From a virus (lineage: Duplodnaviria > Heunggongvirae > Uroviricota > Caudoviricetes), in IMG/VR virus record IMGVR_UViG_3300045973_000170, positions 62,842-126,841 of that record: a stretch of DNA of 64,000 bases; one strand, written 5' to 3'. Both the position numbers and the translations under genes were made by a program. The notes beneath the pieces are model-generated. The model was not told the DNA's origin and made no database searches. It saw only the letters and a list, made by a program, of their open reading frames with translations. Positions 1 to 9,982 of the stretch are shown in pieces. Within the stretch, counting starts at the first letter, position 1. Each line of letters starts with the position of its first letter.

Positions 1-219
1 CAGCCGCACAGTGACAGCCAAGCCCACAGTCAGCAGAGCGAAGCATGATCTTCTGACCTGTCCTCACGTTGATGTACGGCCCCTGCCAATGCGGATTCTG
101 TCTGTCCAGTGCAATCTCATGGTACTGGAAATCCAGCCACAGTGGGAGATTCTTGGCCGTCTTGCGATTGGCACGGAAAGCGTAAATGCTTGGTGCCACC
201 GTTTCTCCCTCTGGAATCG
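1..219 (-). CDS. hypothetical protein, 5' part only (runs off window start); begins MMTIPEGETVAPSIYAF
   Basis: Open minus-strand frame from ATG at 217-219 continuing to position 1 without stop; fits minus-strand gene polarity of region. Confidence 0.35.
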
Positions 220-793
220 TCATCATTAGAGCCTCGCATCCAAGAGTTTGAGGAAATAGATAAATGGCCACATCACCACATATCCCATGAGCGTACTCAA
301 TAGCATTGGCTGACCGCATTGCATACGCTTTCGCGCCGCGATAATGACTCCAACGATCAGCCAGCAGTAGACAATGTTCATCGCTTCACTCGCTCTGTGA
401 TGACACAAACATTCTCACTGTGAACTTTCGACACCGTGGCGCGTTTTGGCCAATCCTTGAAGATTCCTTCACGCACAATCGTCAGGACGTAGCGCGTTCG
501 ATCATAGCGCATCGTCTTTTTGATTTCCGTGATTTCCCCTATTGCCACCTGACCAGAGAGGTTGTAAGCCACTCTGGTTCCGGTGGTCAACAGATTACCG
601 AAAGGATCGGTGACGGGCTTCACGGTCTAGCGGAAGACCTTGAGATACGTCTTCTGGTTGGACACGGACGTATCCGTGCGCCAGTTGCCGAAGAAGGACG
701 AGAAGTACTCCAAGCGAAGCCGCTTGCCGTCAGTCACCAGACGATTGGTGAAGCCACCCTTGCGCCACTTTTCCAGTACCACGAAATTCTTCT

Positions 794-1015
794 TCACTTG
801 ATATCCTCCTTGAGAATGGTTACCAGCCGGGAAAGCAATTCCTCGTTCAGCACGGTCTTGATGATCTGTCGCGTGGAGATTTCAAATCCCCAGATAAACA
901 GGAGCCAACCAGCCACGAACTTGAGCATGGGTGCATGAGGTTGAGCGATGATGCTGATGCCGAAGCCAAACATCACCTGTCCAAAAACCGACAACCCCAT
1001 CTTTTTCCAATCCAT
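794..1015 (-). CDS. small membrane protein (two hydrophobic segments)
   Basis: 73-aa ORF, hydrophobic stretches; preceded by conserved promoter-leader cassette at 1016-1090. Confidence 0.45.
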   Translation of the reverse strand: MDWKKMGLSVFGQVMFGFGISIIAQPHAPMLKFVAGWLLFIWGFEISTRQIIKTVLNEELLSRLVTILKEDIK

Positions 1016-1090
1016 ATGTTCTCCTGTTCAGAAGTATGATGTAACGTAGCTCACGGGATTACACTTGTCTGTCAGGGTTTCCCTGATTCT
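1016..1090 (-). promoter_or_regulatory. promoter-leader cassette (IR TCAGGGNNNCCCTGA, -35 CAGACA, 17 bp, -10 TACGTT, leader, SD)
   Basis: Member of the repeated cassette family. Confidence 0.5.
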
Positions 1091-1586
1091 ACAGGGCCAT
1101 CGCCATTTTGATTTTCTTGAGTGCGGTGGGTTTGAATCCCCGATGCTTCAGCGTGAGTCCATCAGAGCCAACATAGATCGCCTCCTTGTTACTTTCCCGA
1201 ATTTCGCAATACAGTAACACATTCTTGGGGCGTGAGTTATCGAAGATTTCCAAAGCACTCACCCGTTCCTCAATGTGCCTAATGGTTTGACCAGAGGAAA
1301 TCAAGTCATCAATGATGATGTAACGTCCTCCACCACCACTTCCCTCGTATGGAGTCAGAGCCTTGTGGTACTGGTCATGCGAGTCCTCTTCCTTGCGCCT
1401 GACGTAGATGGGCGTGAGTCCCGTCATGTAACAAATCAGGGACACCAAAGGAATGGAAGACAGACCAGAACCAGCAATCGCCACCACATCTTTGTTGAAT
1501 TTGAGATACCTCTTGACGTTCTTGATGATCTTATCCAACTCATCCCTTTTCATAATGGGGCTGTGATAATTCGGATAATGTGTCAT
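1089..1586 (-). CDS. phosphoribosyltransferase-domain protein
   Basis: PRPP-binding motif RYIIIDDLISSGQT (type I PRTase signature). Confidence 0.6.
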   Translation of the reverse strand: MTHYPNYHSPIMKRDELDKIIKNVKRYLKFNKDVVAIAGSGLSSIPLVSLICYMTGLTPIYVRRKEEDSHDQYHKALTPYEGSGGGGRYIIIDDLISSGQTIRHIEERVSALEIFDNSRPKNVLLYCEIRESNKEAIYVGSDGLTLKHRGFKPTALKKIKMAMAL

Positions 1587-1801
1587 TACTGTACCTTCTG
1601 TTCGATGAGAGCCACCGAATAGGCATCGTCACCCGCCGCCATGAGAGTACCTTCTGCTTCCATGGCCAAGTCTTCCTCACTGAATGCCTGAAGCTGTCCC
1701 GCTTTGGCAAGAGCCTCAAATGCATCAAAGGCATCAAACCCAATCTGAAAGAGGCGCACACTCTTCAGTTCAATGTCTTCCATTTCTATGAGGACAAACA
1801 T
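1586..1801 (-). CDS. hypothetical protein
   Basis: 71-aa ORF directly downstream of promoter-leader cassette 1802-1873. Confidence 0.4.
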   Translation of the reverse strand: MFVLIEMEDIELKSVRLFQIGFDAFDAFEALAKAGQLQAFSEEDLAMEAEGTLMAAGDDAYSVALIEQKVQ

Positions 1802-2183
1802 GGTGTCTCCGTTGAGGTATGCCTAATGATAAGGCGCGGGGTTACTTCTGTCTGTCGGGGATTGCCTGATTCTTCTCCAACTCTTCAATGGCGGCAAATG
1901 CCAATGCCTTGAACTCTGGCGCAAATGGTATTAGCTCACCACCAAAGTAGAAGCCAGCCGCATCCTTGATGATACGCCGTGCCTCATGAATTCCCGTCTG
2001 TATCTGTTCCTTTGTCATAACCCTCCATATCACAACCAATGAGGAATGCAAACACCGTCAGCACGAAAAACCCAATAATGGAAAGAGAAATCTTCGGAAT
2101 AAGAGTAATGGAAAGAATTATTACGAAAATCGTTCCCAATGCGGCATATCCTAAACCGATTCGCCTGAGGATTTCTTTTCTTG

Positions 2184-3002
2184 TCATGAGATTACCTGAA
2201 AGCTGGACGGATGCAGGGACATATCATCCATGACCATGTACTTGCTGAATGCCTCAGGCTCGTAAATCGAAATGTCCCAATCCAAATCACTGAGGTACGG
2301 ATGAAACAGCGCACCAAAGGCAATGTCTGACCTGTCGGTGAGACTGTTCAGATATTCCTTCAGCATTGGCCAACAACGGAATTCATCGGTTGCTCTGCCT
2401 TGTGCCACCATCGGCAGAAGAACAAAGTGCTGAATGTGACCATGATACTTGTTGTAGATTTCCTTGAATGTCTTGACTGACGCATGATTGGAAATCACGA
2501 TATGCAGATTCGTGTAAATGCCACGGTCAATCAACTTTCGTACACCGTCTTCCCACGGAAGATGGGCGTGACAGGATACCGCAACGCCAGTGACGTACTG
2601 TTCTGTTACATCCAGAATCTCATCGGTCAAATGGGTGCCGTTGGTGGTGTAGTTGGGGTCAATGCCAAGGTCATCAAATGCCTTGCAAATGGCCCGAAAC
2701 TCCGGGTGAATGGTGGGTTCACCACCCCCTATTGCCACCTGAAACGGACGCTCATTCAGGCTCATGGGGCCAAAGAAGTCATTGATCTTTTTCGGAATAT
2801 CCTGAAAATCATAATCCCGACCAGTGGATGACTGATAGCAATACGAACAGCCACCATAGCACCGATTGGTGATCTTCACATCATAGAACTCAGGGAACTT
2901 GAGTGCTGTGACGGGCTTCTTTCGATCAATGGGAAGGCGCATGGTCTTCCCATCAATGTAGATGGCCTTGTAGTTTGAGTCGGGGTGGATTCGGGTACGC
3001 AT
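2184..3002 (-). CDS. radical SAM enzyme (QueE/NrdG-like class not resolved)
   Basis: CxxxCxxC cluster (NRCYGGCSYCY) and glycine-rich GGGEP motif; cassette upstream at 3003-3075. Confidence 0.6.
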   Translation of the reverse strand: MRTRIHPDSNYKAIYIDGKTMRLPIDRKKPVTALKFPEFYDVKITNRCYGGCSYCYQSSTGRDYDFQDIPKKINDFFGPMSLNERPFQVAIGGGEPTIHPEFRAICKAFDDLGIDPNYTTNGTHLTDEILDVTEQYVTGVAVSCHAHLPWEDGVRKLIDRGIYTNLHIVISNHASVKTFKEIYNKYHGHIQHFVLLPMVAQGRATDEFRCWPMLKEYLNSLTDRSDIAFGALFHPYLSDLDWDISIYEPEAFSKYMVMDDMSLHPSSFQVIS

Positions 3003-3260
3003 GGTTCTCCTATCTCAGATGTATGATGCAAGGTAGCACACGCACTCAATCCTGTCTGTCAGGCTTTCCCTGAAGTTTTGTTTACCGCCAACCCACAGCG
3101 CGTACACACATCACCTTGATAAGTGCGCTGATAAGCTGGCCCCTTGTAGGTGCCATAGGTGGCAAAGAAAGGATCAAGCTTCTGTCCTAACTCATTATAG
3201 CGCGGAAAGAACTTATGTCCAAAGATTCTTCCCGCCAATGATGGACATGGATGAAATGTA

Positions 3261-3761
3261 TCAACCATCGTAGACTTCGGAAATGTCGAACATCCCCAAA
3301 ACAGTCTTGGCAAAGTCAATGTCCACACCGTCCTTGGTGGTGACAATCAGAGTGGAAGTCAGACCCGTATCCTGACCACTCTGCTTACCCTCAAACAGAG
3401 CTTCCAGAGCTTCCTGATTGGCTTTCTCCCAAACATCCACCGCTTCTCTCTGTGCGGCATAATCTGGCTTCCCTTCAGCGGTCTTGAGATTGATTGCCGC
3501 ATTGAAGGTTTCCAAATCGGGAATATCATCCTGTCTCACATGATGAGACTGAATGTAATACCGAATGCCATCCTGAGAGTAAGTGCGAACGCTGATGTTG
3601 AACAAATCATCAGCCGTCAGGGGTGTACCAGCCACCGAAAGAACCTTATTGATGAGCTTCTTGGCAAGATCAACAGAACCTTGGTGAGCCTCAGTGTAGA
3701 GGACTGAACTACTGTTCGTGATTACATCCACGATGGAGTGAATCGGAATGTGAAATCGCAT
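3261..3761 (-). CDS. hypothetical protein, paralog of 3761-4288
   Basis: Shares N-terminal HSIVDVITNSSSV.YTEAH and C-terminal LIVTTKDGV.IDFAK..L.MFDISE motifs with the adjacent upstream gene. Confidence 0.5.
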   Translation of the reverse strand: MRFHIPIHSIVDVITNSSSVLYTEAHQGSVDLAKKLINKVLSVAGTPLTADDLFNISVRTYSQDGIRYYIQSHHVRQDDIPDLETFNAAINLKTAEGKPDYAAQREAVDVWEKANQEALEALFEGKQSGQDTGLTSTLIVTTKDGVDIDFAKTVLGMFDISEVYDG

Positions 3762-4288
3762 CAGTTGTAGCTCTCGCTGATATCGAACATGGCCAGAGCC
3801 TTCCGTGCGAAGTCAATCTCCACACCATCCTTGGTGGTGACGATCAGGTTGGCATGAATGCCAGTTTCGGTGTTGGCCTCTTCATCATCGAACAGATGGT
3901 TCAGAGCTTCCTGATTCTCATTCTCCCACTTCTCGTATGCCTTGACCTGAGCATTGTAATCAGGCTCACCCTTCTTGTTCGTCAACTCCTGTGACGCCTT
4001 GTATGCGTCCAGATTGGGAATACGAGCAAGCGCATCCTCATCTTCATCATCCACCATACGCTGGATGAAATCGCACAGGTCATCCGTTCCCTTCTGAATA
4101 CGGAAGTTGAACAGGTCATCAGCCTTCTTGTCTGAGCCTGATGCCTTCAGCACAGCATTGATGATTTCCTTGGCCACCTTGATTGAATTATCATGGGCCT
4201 CAGTGTAGATCACGGAGCTACTGTTCGTGATCACATCAACAATGGAGTGGACGAGAATACGGAATTGCATGGTGGTTCTCCTTCTCAT
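3761..4288 (-). CDS. hypothetical protein, paralog of 3261-3761
   Basis: Tandem paralog; cassette upstream at 4289-4347. Confidence 0.5.
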   Translation of the reverse strand: MRRRTTMQFRILVHSIVDVITNSSSVIYTEAHDNSIKVAKEIINAVLKASGSDKKADDLFNFRIQKGTDDLCDFIQRMVDDEDEDALARIPNLDAYKASQELTNKKGEPDYNAQVKAYEKWENENQEALNHLFDDEEANTETGIHANLIVTTKDGVEIDFARKALAMFDISESYN

Positions 4289-4342
4289 GAGGTTATACTA
4301 CAAGGTAATGCATGGATACGTTGTTGTCAGTCAGGGATTCCC

Positions 4343-4756
4343 TTATCTATCCCATGGAGTTGAGCGCACACCCTCTCCCTTCTCTCCATCTTTCAGTACA
4401 AACTTCTTGGGGATGTAACAATTCTCCAACCAAAGAATACCTTTGATTGCCCCCAATAGCACGAATCGTGCCAGATGGATGGGTATGATAGCCCACCATA
4501 ACCCCAAGCACAGCTTGAAGGCGGCTGGAATGGAACACAGTTCACTCACAGAGGTTGCAATGAAAACGTCATTCCACATTTCCACCATGTAGTAACGTTC
4601 CATTACATACTCTTCATCGGTTCTCCAATCCCTGTCCTTTCTTTCGTAAATCACAGGTGGACTCATTCGAAGCCATGCACGAAACGTGCCATAAGCTCCA
4701 ATGAAATAGAGAATGCAGAATACGAGAAAGGTCACGATTTTGCCCCCTCTGTGCAT
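4343..4756 (-). CDS. membrane protein
   Basis: 137-aa ORF with several hydrophobic helices. Confidence 0.4.
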   Translation of the reverse strand: MHRGGKIVTFLVFCILYFIGAYGTFRAWLRMSPPVIYERKDRDWRTDEEYVMERYYMVEMWNDVFIATSVSELCSIPAAFKLCLGLWWAIIPIHLARFVLLGAIKGILWLENCYIPKKFVLKDGEKGEGVRSTPWDR

Positions 4757-5140
4757 GTGGTGTTCATCTTCCGCACAATCACTTCAATGTCATCCAGCTT
4801 ACGGTTGACCGTTTCCATGAGAGCGTTATGATCTTCGATGGCGTCACACACAGCCCTGAGGCTATCAAATGCCTTGTCCATGTCATGCCTCGACATGCGA
4901 TCATCCCCGTAGATGCCGTTGGTGATATTCGTTCTGTGATCGTCAAGTTCATCGTTGGTCATGCATCCTCCTAGATTGGTATTGACCAAATGGGCATTCG
5001 CTCATTCGCTCTGCGCTCTTCATTCAGGCGCATGGCCAACGTGTATTCATCCTGTACAGCCTTGATCAGACGAGCCTTGGCACATTCGAGACAGCAGTAT
5101 TCCCCTGATACGATGGCATCAAGGGAATACTCAACCGCTG

Positions 5141-5482
5141 TCACAGACCCTTCTCCTTGAGCAGGGTGTAGAGCAGAGCCGCCGCCATCAGGCGATGATC
5201 GTTCTCATGGAACCAGTAGGTATCAACACCCACGGGGCCGGGAGTATCCCATGCGGAAACGTACTCGTCGCGCTCTTCTCGCGTGGGGTGAAGCAGAGCA
5301 AGCAACTTGCGATACTCCTTGCCAATCGGCAACACCTTGGGGCGTTCGATCCTGTAATATCCCTGATCGTTGTACCCGTCGAAGCTCTTCTTGTCAATCC
5401 AGCACAGGAAGGGAACTGCCTTCTTCGACATGCACAGGTTGATGTACTGAAGCAGTCGCGTGGAAGCTTTCGGTGCGGCCAT
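5141..5482 (-). CDS. hypothetical protein
   Basis: 113-aa ORF downstream of cassette 5483-5560. Confidence 0.45.
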   Translation of the reverse strand: MAAPKASTRLLQYINLCMSKKAVPFLCWIDKKSFDGYNDQGYYRIERPKVLPIGKEYRKLLALLHPTREERDEYVSAWDTPGPVGVDTYWFHENDHRLMAAALLYTLLKEKGL

Positions 5483-5561
5483 GGGTATGTTCTCCGGTTA
5501 CAGGTTATGACTAATCATAACCCTTGGGTTCATCTGTGTCTGTCAGGGAAACCCTGAATGA

Positions 5562-5879
5562 CTAGGCTTTCTCTCTCTTGATGTTGCCGAACTTTTCCTG
5601 CAACGTCTTCGCTATTTCAACCATCTTGTTCACCACAGCGAAATTCATGCTGTGAATGTGAATCACAAACGGAATGTGACCACGACCATACGCCGCCAAT
5701 TCGATGTAGTTCAACACATCCATGCCCGACTTACCGTAGCCAAGGTCATGATCCAATGACACTTCCGTAATGTCATCCCAACAGGTAGCGAGAATCATGA
5801 CAGCATCCTCGTATGTCTGCACAGTCACCCATGTCTCATCCATGGGACTTCTGCGAATGTCGTCCAAATAGAGTTTCAT
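5562..5879 (-). CDS. hypothetical protein
   Basis: 105-aa ORF. Confidence 0.4.
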   Translation of the reverse strand: MKLYLDDIRRSPMDETWVTVQTYEDAVMILATCWDDITEVSLDHDLGYGKSGMDVLNYIELAAYGRGHIPFVIHIHSMNFAVVNKMVEIAKTLQEKFGNIKREKA

Positions 5880-6199
5880 GAGGATATCACCGTTGTTTGA
5901 GAAATCACGCGCCCAACTACTCGGAACGAGTGAGTGGGATTATGCTTTGCACATTCATCCATTACTGCCTTGGCATGACTAGCGGCAATCCACCCATGGA
6001 TTCCCCATATTTGCCAAGGATCATCTATTGTCTTGTACGGGTGAATCAGGGCGCGAAGCCTATCCCCGTCCTTTTTCTTCTGTTCCCATGTCAGGGGATT
6101 GAACATCAAGTACCCAACATCAGAGTCCGTCCAATCACCACCCTTTGTCTGGTGTTGTACATGAAAGATGCAACAGGTACCATCTTTTCTGAGGCACAT
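5876..6199 (-). CDS. hypothetical protein
   Basis: 107-aa ORF, 4-nt overlap with downstream gene. Confidence 0.4.
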   Translation of the reverse strand: MCLRKDGTCCIFHVQHQTKGGDWTDSDVGYLMFNPLTWEQKKKDGDRLRALIHPYKTIDDPWQIWGIHGWIAASHAKAVMDECAKHNPTHSFRVVGRVISQTTVISS

Positions 6200-6615
6200 T
6201 ACTTCACCCCAAAGATTATGACACCGCTACGTTCCCCGAACGTCACACACTTGATGCTCTGCATGTCGGGAAACTCACAGCGTGGCCCATCAGTGATTTC
6301 GAATTCATCTGAACCCTTCTCCACATCCTTGGGATAATGCCAACCCTTTCCAAAAGATGAGGCATACACCTTACCCCCATCAAATGCATAGGCATAATCG
6401 GTGGTGCGACTGTCATTCCATGGCCACGGCCAGCCCATGGAGGGAAGCGTAGCATCGTCACGGCTGGCCAGAAACGTATTGACAGCCGCACGATAGGACT
6501 TTATGCTCTTGGCCTTTGCAATGATGGGGTCAAGATCATCCCCATCCCATGCAACAGAGCCAAGCCATTCAGCCTTTGCTCCACGACCAATGTAGAAATC
6601 GGCTCGCGTTCCCAT
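6199..6615 (-). CDS. hypothetical protein
   Basis: 138-aa ORF. Confidence 0.4.
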   Translation of the reverse strand: MGTRADFYIGRGAKAEWLGSVAWDGDDLDPIIAKAKSIKSYRAAVNTFLASRDDATLPSMGWPWPWNDSRTTDYAYAFDGGKVYASSFGKGWHYPKDVEKGSDEFEITDGPRCEFPDMQSIKCVTFGERSGVIIFGVK

Positions 6616-6836
6616 TAGTCATCATCCCCAACATCACCACTCACCGAAGACTTGGGAATATTGGCACCACGCTTCTTGGCCCAATCCATCAGCTTGACGG
6701 CGAGAAGGTATACATCGTCAGCACTCAGCCACACCGTCTGATAGGTGTCAGCCTCAGGATAGAAGGCAAGGCGAGTGGCATCATCATCCACTTCCTCAAT
6801 GCACAGCACCTTTGAACCATCTCGACACTTGATCAT
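6615..6836 (-). CDS. hypothetical protein
   Basis: 73-aa ORF downstream of cassette 6837-6906. Confidence 0.45.
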   Translation of the reverse strand: MIKCRDGSKVLCIEEVDDDATRLAFYPEADTYQTVWLSADDVYLLAVKLMDWAKKRGANIPKSSVSGDVGDDD

Positions 6837-6906
6837 TGTTTCTCCTTGAGTGTATGCCTAATGATAAGAGCTAGGCTTGCTTCTGTCCATCAGGCTTTCC
6901 CTGATC
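6837..6906 (-). promoter_or_regulatory. promoter-leader cassette (-35 TGGACA, 17 bp, -10 TATCAT, leader TAGGCATACACTCAAGGAGAAACA-ATG)
   Basis: Read directly. Confidence 0.55.
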
Positions 6907-7290
6907 TTTTGGAATCACGCTGTTGGCCACCTTGTTAGCCAGCTTGGACAGTAGGATGTATGTGTATCGAAAGAAACTTGCGAAGGCAAAGAAGGGGCCG
7001 AAGCACAGTGAGGCAATAGCCGCATTCTTTACTTCCCAATTGGGTTCATCTGGCATTGAAAATCCTTCCTCAATACCATGACACCCACGCATCTTCCACA
7101 CGCTTGGCTGAGTGCGATACCGTGCCACTTCCTGAGGCTTACAACGCCAAGCCCACACACGGAAGAACACAAAGCCGATGATCAGATACCAAAAGAGGAA
7201 AATGAGGAATCCCATTAGTTCACCTTTACGCAAGCGATGGAGTTGAGGTTCTGGCTGTAACACGCCACACCCATGTCTTTGTCGTACCAA
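6871..7290 (-). CDS. membrane protein
   Basis: 139-aa ORF with two TM helices. Confidence 0.4.
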   Translation of the reverse strand: MVRQRHGCGVLQPEPQLHRLRKGELMGFLIFLFWYLIIGFVFFRVWAWRCKPQEVARYRTQPSVWKMRGCHGIEEGFSMPDEPNWEVKNAAIASLCFGPFFAFASFFRYTYILLSKLANKVANSVIPKDQGKPDGQKQA

Positions 7291-7487
7291 CGATACAGCC
7301 CATGGTCAGGTTCAAAGAACGCATGACCATTCGTTTGCTTCTCTTCGGGTTGAGGCTCCGGGGTTGGTGCTGGTGCCTCAAAGGTGGTAGTGGAAAATCC
7401 CTTGTCGTTATTATCCGGCACTGGCTTTTCCTCTTCCTTCTTCACGCACCCAACCAACAGGAGCAAACACAACATGAGATATTTCAC
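7215..7487 (-). CDS. lipoprotein (signal peptide plus Cys)
   Basis: N-terminus MKYLMLCLLLLVGC fits lipobox. Confidence 0.45.
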   Translation of the reverse strand: MKYLMLCLLLLVGCVKKEEEKPVPDNNDKGFSTTTFEAPAPTPEPQPEEKQTNGHAFFEPDHGLYRWYDKDMGVACYSQNLNSIACVKVN

Positions 7488-7657
7488 TTGATCACCTTCC
7501 GGCTGTTGAGTTGACGCGCCATCTGTCCATTCTCACGGCGCAGTTCCTTGACTTCAACGTGCAAGTCAATGAGATTTCCCTTCAGTTGGGCATTATCTTT
7601 TTCCACATTGCGGATAAAGGTTGCCAAACGCTTGAATTCGACTTTGCTCAGTTCCAA
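7484..7657 (-). CDS. small coiled-coil protein, TTG start (not in ORF track)
   Basis: AGGAG 7 nt upstream of TTG; 57 codons LELSKVEFKRLATFIRNVEKDNAQLKGNLIDLHVEVKELRRENGQMARQLNSRKVIK; cassette upstream at 7658-7732. Confidence 0.3.
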   Translation of the reverse strand: MELSKVEFKRLATFIRNVEKDNAQLKGNLIDLHVEVKELRRENGQMARQLNSRKVIK

Positions 7658-7727
7658 TGTCTTCTCCTATCTGATGTACCCCTCCAACCTAACACATGGT
7701 ATGCTTCGTGTCAAGTCAGGGAATCCC

Positions 7728-8141
7728 CTACCCCACCAGCCACCCAAGAACAAAACAGATGATTCCGGTGAACGCCAGCGTATTGATTTTGATGTTGGCG
7801 ACTTTCTTCAACGCCATCATTTCATCAAAAAGGCAATTGCTGTAATCCTCGTAATCACGAATGCAACGCATGAGTCCAGAGATTTGACGGCGCAGACGCT
7901 TGACCTTGCGTACCCTGATTGGATACTGGACAAGCCGTTTCGCATCCATTACCTTTTGCTTTTCAGCACTCACAGCGGCGGCGGCTTCAGCCTTGTCAAT
8001 CTCATCGAATGTCAGCGGAATGGTCACTTGGGAACCCTCGTAATGTATCCAAGGGCAGTCAAGGACAGGACAATACCCGCAACACCCATGAACAGAAGAG
8101 TCGCCTTGATGAACAGATTCGGCCATGTCTTCCCGTTCCAA
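7728..8141 (-). CDS. hypothetical protein with C-terminal TM helix
   Basis: 137-aa ORF. Confidence 0.4.
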   Translation of the reverse strand: MEREDMAESVHQGDSSVHGCCGYCPVLDCPWIHYEGSQVTIPLTFDEIDKAEAAAAVSAEKQKVMDAKRLVQYPIRVRKVKRLRRQISGLMRCIRDYEDYSNCLFDEMMALKKVANIKINTLAFTGIICFVLGWLVG

Positions 8142-8186
8142 ATGAGGGCAAGAAGGACGAATATGATTGTGCTTGCGTAGATGTAG

Positions 8187-8477
8187 TTATTCACTGTGTA
8201 CCTCCATGACATGCCATTCGAAGACGCCTTCCGTTACCCGTCCGATGTATTCAACAGATGATGCAACGATATCCCAACCCGTTCCCACAACACAGAAGAC
8301 ACGATTTTCAGTCTCCATCAGTTTCATGGGATTGACCAAACACCAGATGTAGATATTTTGATAATTGCGATCCTGTTGTATTCCAGCACTCAACACCTTA
8401 GCCCCAATCGGAAGTAGAATCAACTTTCGGTCAGGAGAAGGGCGACCAAGCGGATATTTGAAAATCGACTGTAGCAT
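8187..8477 (-). CDS. hypothetical protein
   Basis: 96-aa ORF; promoter motif 8602-8627 with ~100-nt leader. Confidence 0.4.
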   Translation of the reverse strand: MLQSIFKYPLGRPSPDRKLILLPIGAKVLSAGIQQDRNYQNIYIWCLVNPMKLMETENRVFCVVGTGWDIVASSVEYIGRVTEGVFEWHVMEVHSE

Positions 8478-8639
8478 TATATCTCCGGTAGGTGGTACTC
8501 AGCAGATTTCGTTCCTTGCTCCAACAGACAACGGATAGGAGTAGGTGGCGCGGTATTTCCGGTGCGTTTCCCGTTATCTGAACATTAGCACATGGCTCAT
8601 GTTCTGTCAGTCAGGCTTTCCCTGATTATCTTTTTCTTT

Positions 8640-9233
8640 CTACCTGAGGGAAGTGTACAGGTCGGTGATCCACTTGTTACGCGAGTTGGTGCGCTCATCA
8701 TCTGCCACCTGATTCTCCGTGTGATACTTGATGTTGTGTTCCTCATGCATCATCTGGTCAGCCAGCCACTCAGCACCAGTTTTCAGTGCAGGGGCTTTGA
8801 AATACTTGTCCTCCAACACATCCCAATTGATGGATTCATCCAACTGCTTGAGCATGAAATCCTTAAGATTTTGGTGATCGGGGGTAGGGGGAATCCATGC
8901 CGTCACCTTGGCAATCATGGCCTGATAGCGAGCTTCAACTTTCATGTTGTCGATCTTGCTCTTCACCCCATCCTGCACAGCCTTTTCATGTTCCTCTGCG
9001 GCCTTCTTATTGGCCTGTGCAATGGTCATTTTCTTGAGCTTGGCCAGATTCTCCTGTGCCGTCACCAATGCCTTCTGGTGGTAAGTATCCTTTGGTTGAA
9101 CTTTTGAGGGATCGGAGGCAGGATCGTTACGTTGCATGATGCAAGCCCCGAATGCCTTTGCACAAATCAATACAAAGGCATTCAGGTCAGTGACCGTCCC
9201 ATCGTTTACCCCACATGTGTATCCGCTTGGCAT
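8640..9233 (-). CDS. hypothetical protein
   Basis: 197-aa ORF. Confidence 0.45.
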   Translation of the reverse strand: MPSGYTCGVNDGTVTDLNAFVLICAKAFGACIMQRNDPASDPSKVQPKDTYHQKALVTAQENLAKLKKMTIAQANKKAAEEHEKAVQDGVKSKIDNMKVEARYQAMIAKVTAWIPPTPDHQNLKDFMLKQLDESINWDVLEDKYFKAPALKTGAEWLADQMMHEEHNIKYHTENQVADDERTNSRNKWITDLYTSLR

Positions 9234-9527
9234 TTACCAATCCTCCCCGCAAATGAATGGTGGTGGTGGTGTATCAGCATCTTCACCCTCAACGAGAGTG
9301 ATTGTGAAGTCCTTGGCCTCTACCAACCCCTGACCACGAAGCTCCTTGGTGAGGCTCTTACGCGCATCATTGGCCTTCTCAGCCTCAACCACCCGATGAG
9401 TGAACTCGGCTGTCTCGCCAGAGCCACGCCATACGATTGTGCATGTGAACTTTTTCATCGGTTGCTCGTATTGAGAATGTAATGAAGTTGAAATGCAGGA
9501 TTGAAAACAGGAGAACAACGACCACAC
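9234..9527 (-). CDS. hypothetical protein
   Basis: 97-aa ORF. Confidence 0.4.
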   Translation of the reverse strand: MWSLFSCFQSCISTSLHSQYEQPMKKFTCTIVWRGSGETAEFTHRVVEAEKANDARKSLTKELRGQGLVEAKDFTITLVEGEDADTPPPPFICGEDW

Positions 9528-9910
9528 GACCTATTGTTTTTCGGCTTACGGTGACGCCGACGAATCAAACCACACGCATGACATTCGGCAATCCACTTGA
9601 ACGTAACAGCCGTCATCCCTGTGCCATACCGATTACCATTGGAACCCAACTCAATGGCCTTGGAACGCCACACATGATCGTGTCCATGACCAACACCAAC
9701 CACTGCATGGGCAACCTCATGAGCAATCGTATCCTTGACCGCATCCTCCCCATCGGGAAGGTGAAACTTGCTGACTTCAATGCGACGGTGGTTGTATTTG
9801 CACACCCCAAGACGCCGCTTGTTGCTGTTGATCTTGAAACCCCATCCGTGCAACCCCTGTGCATCAAGCATCTGGCGAGCATGTAGCATTGCGTTCGTCG
9901 GGTGCATCAC
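9455..9910 (-). CDS. SprT-like zinc metallopeptidase
   Basis: HExxH motif (IAHEVAHAV) in SprT-like context; cassette upstream 9911-9982. Confidence 0.5.
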   Translation of the reverse strand: MMHPTNAMLHARQMLDAQGLHGWGFKINSNKRRLGVCKYNHRRIEVSKFHLPDGEDAVKDTIAHEVAHAVVGVGHGHDHVWRSKAIELGSNGNRYGTGMTAVTFKWIAECHACGLIRRRHRKPKNNRSCGRCSPVFNPAFQLHYILNTSNR

Positions 9911-9982
9911 AATCTCCGTTCAGAAGGTATGACTAATGATAAACAGGGGTGAGGCGTGTGTCAGTCAGGGAATCCCCGAATC
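9911..9982 (-). promoter_or_regulatory. promoter-leader cassette (IR TCAGGGAATCCCCGA, -35 CTGACA, 17 bp, -10 TATCAT)
   Basis: Read directly. Confidence 0.55.

Noticed and set aside
420-938. 172-aa plus-strand ORF
   Set aside because: It overlaps minus-strand genes and the promoter cassette context in a region of uniform minus polarity, so it is probably a spurious antisense frame.
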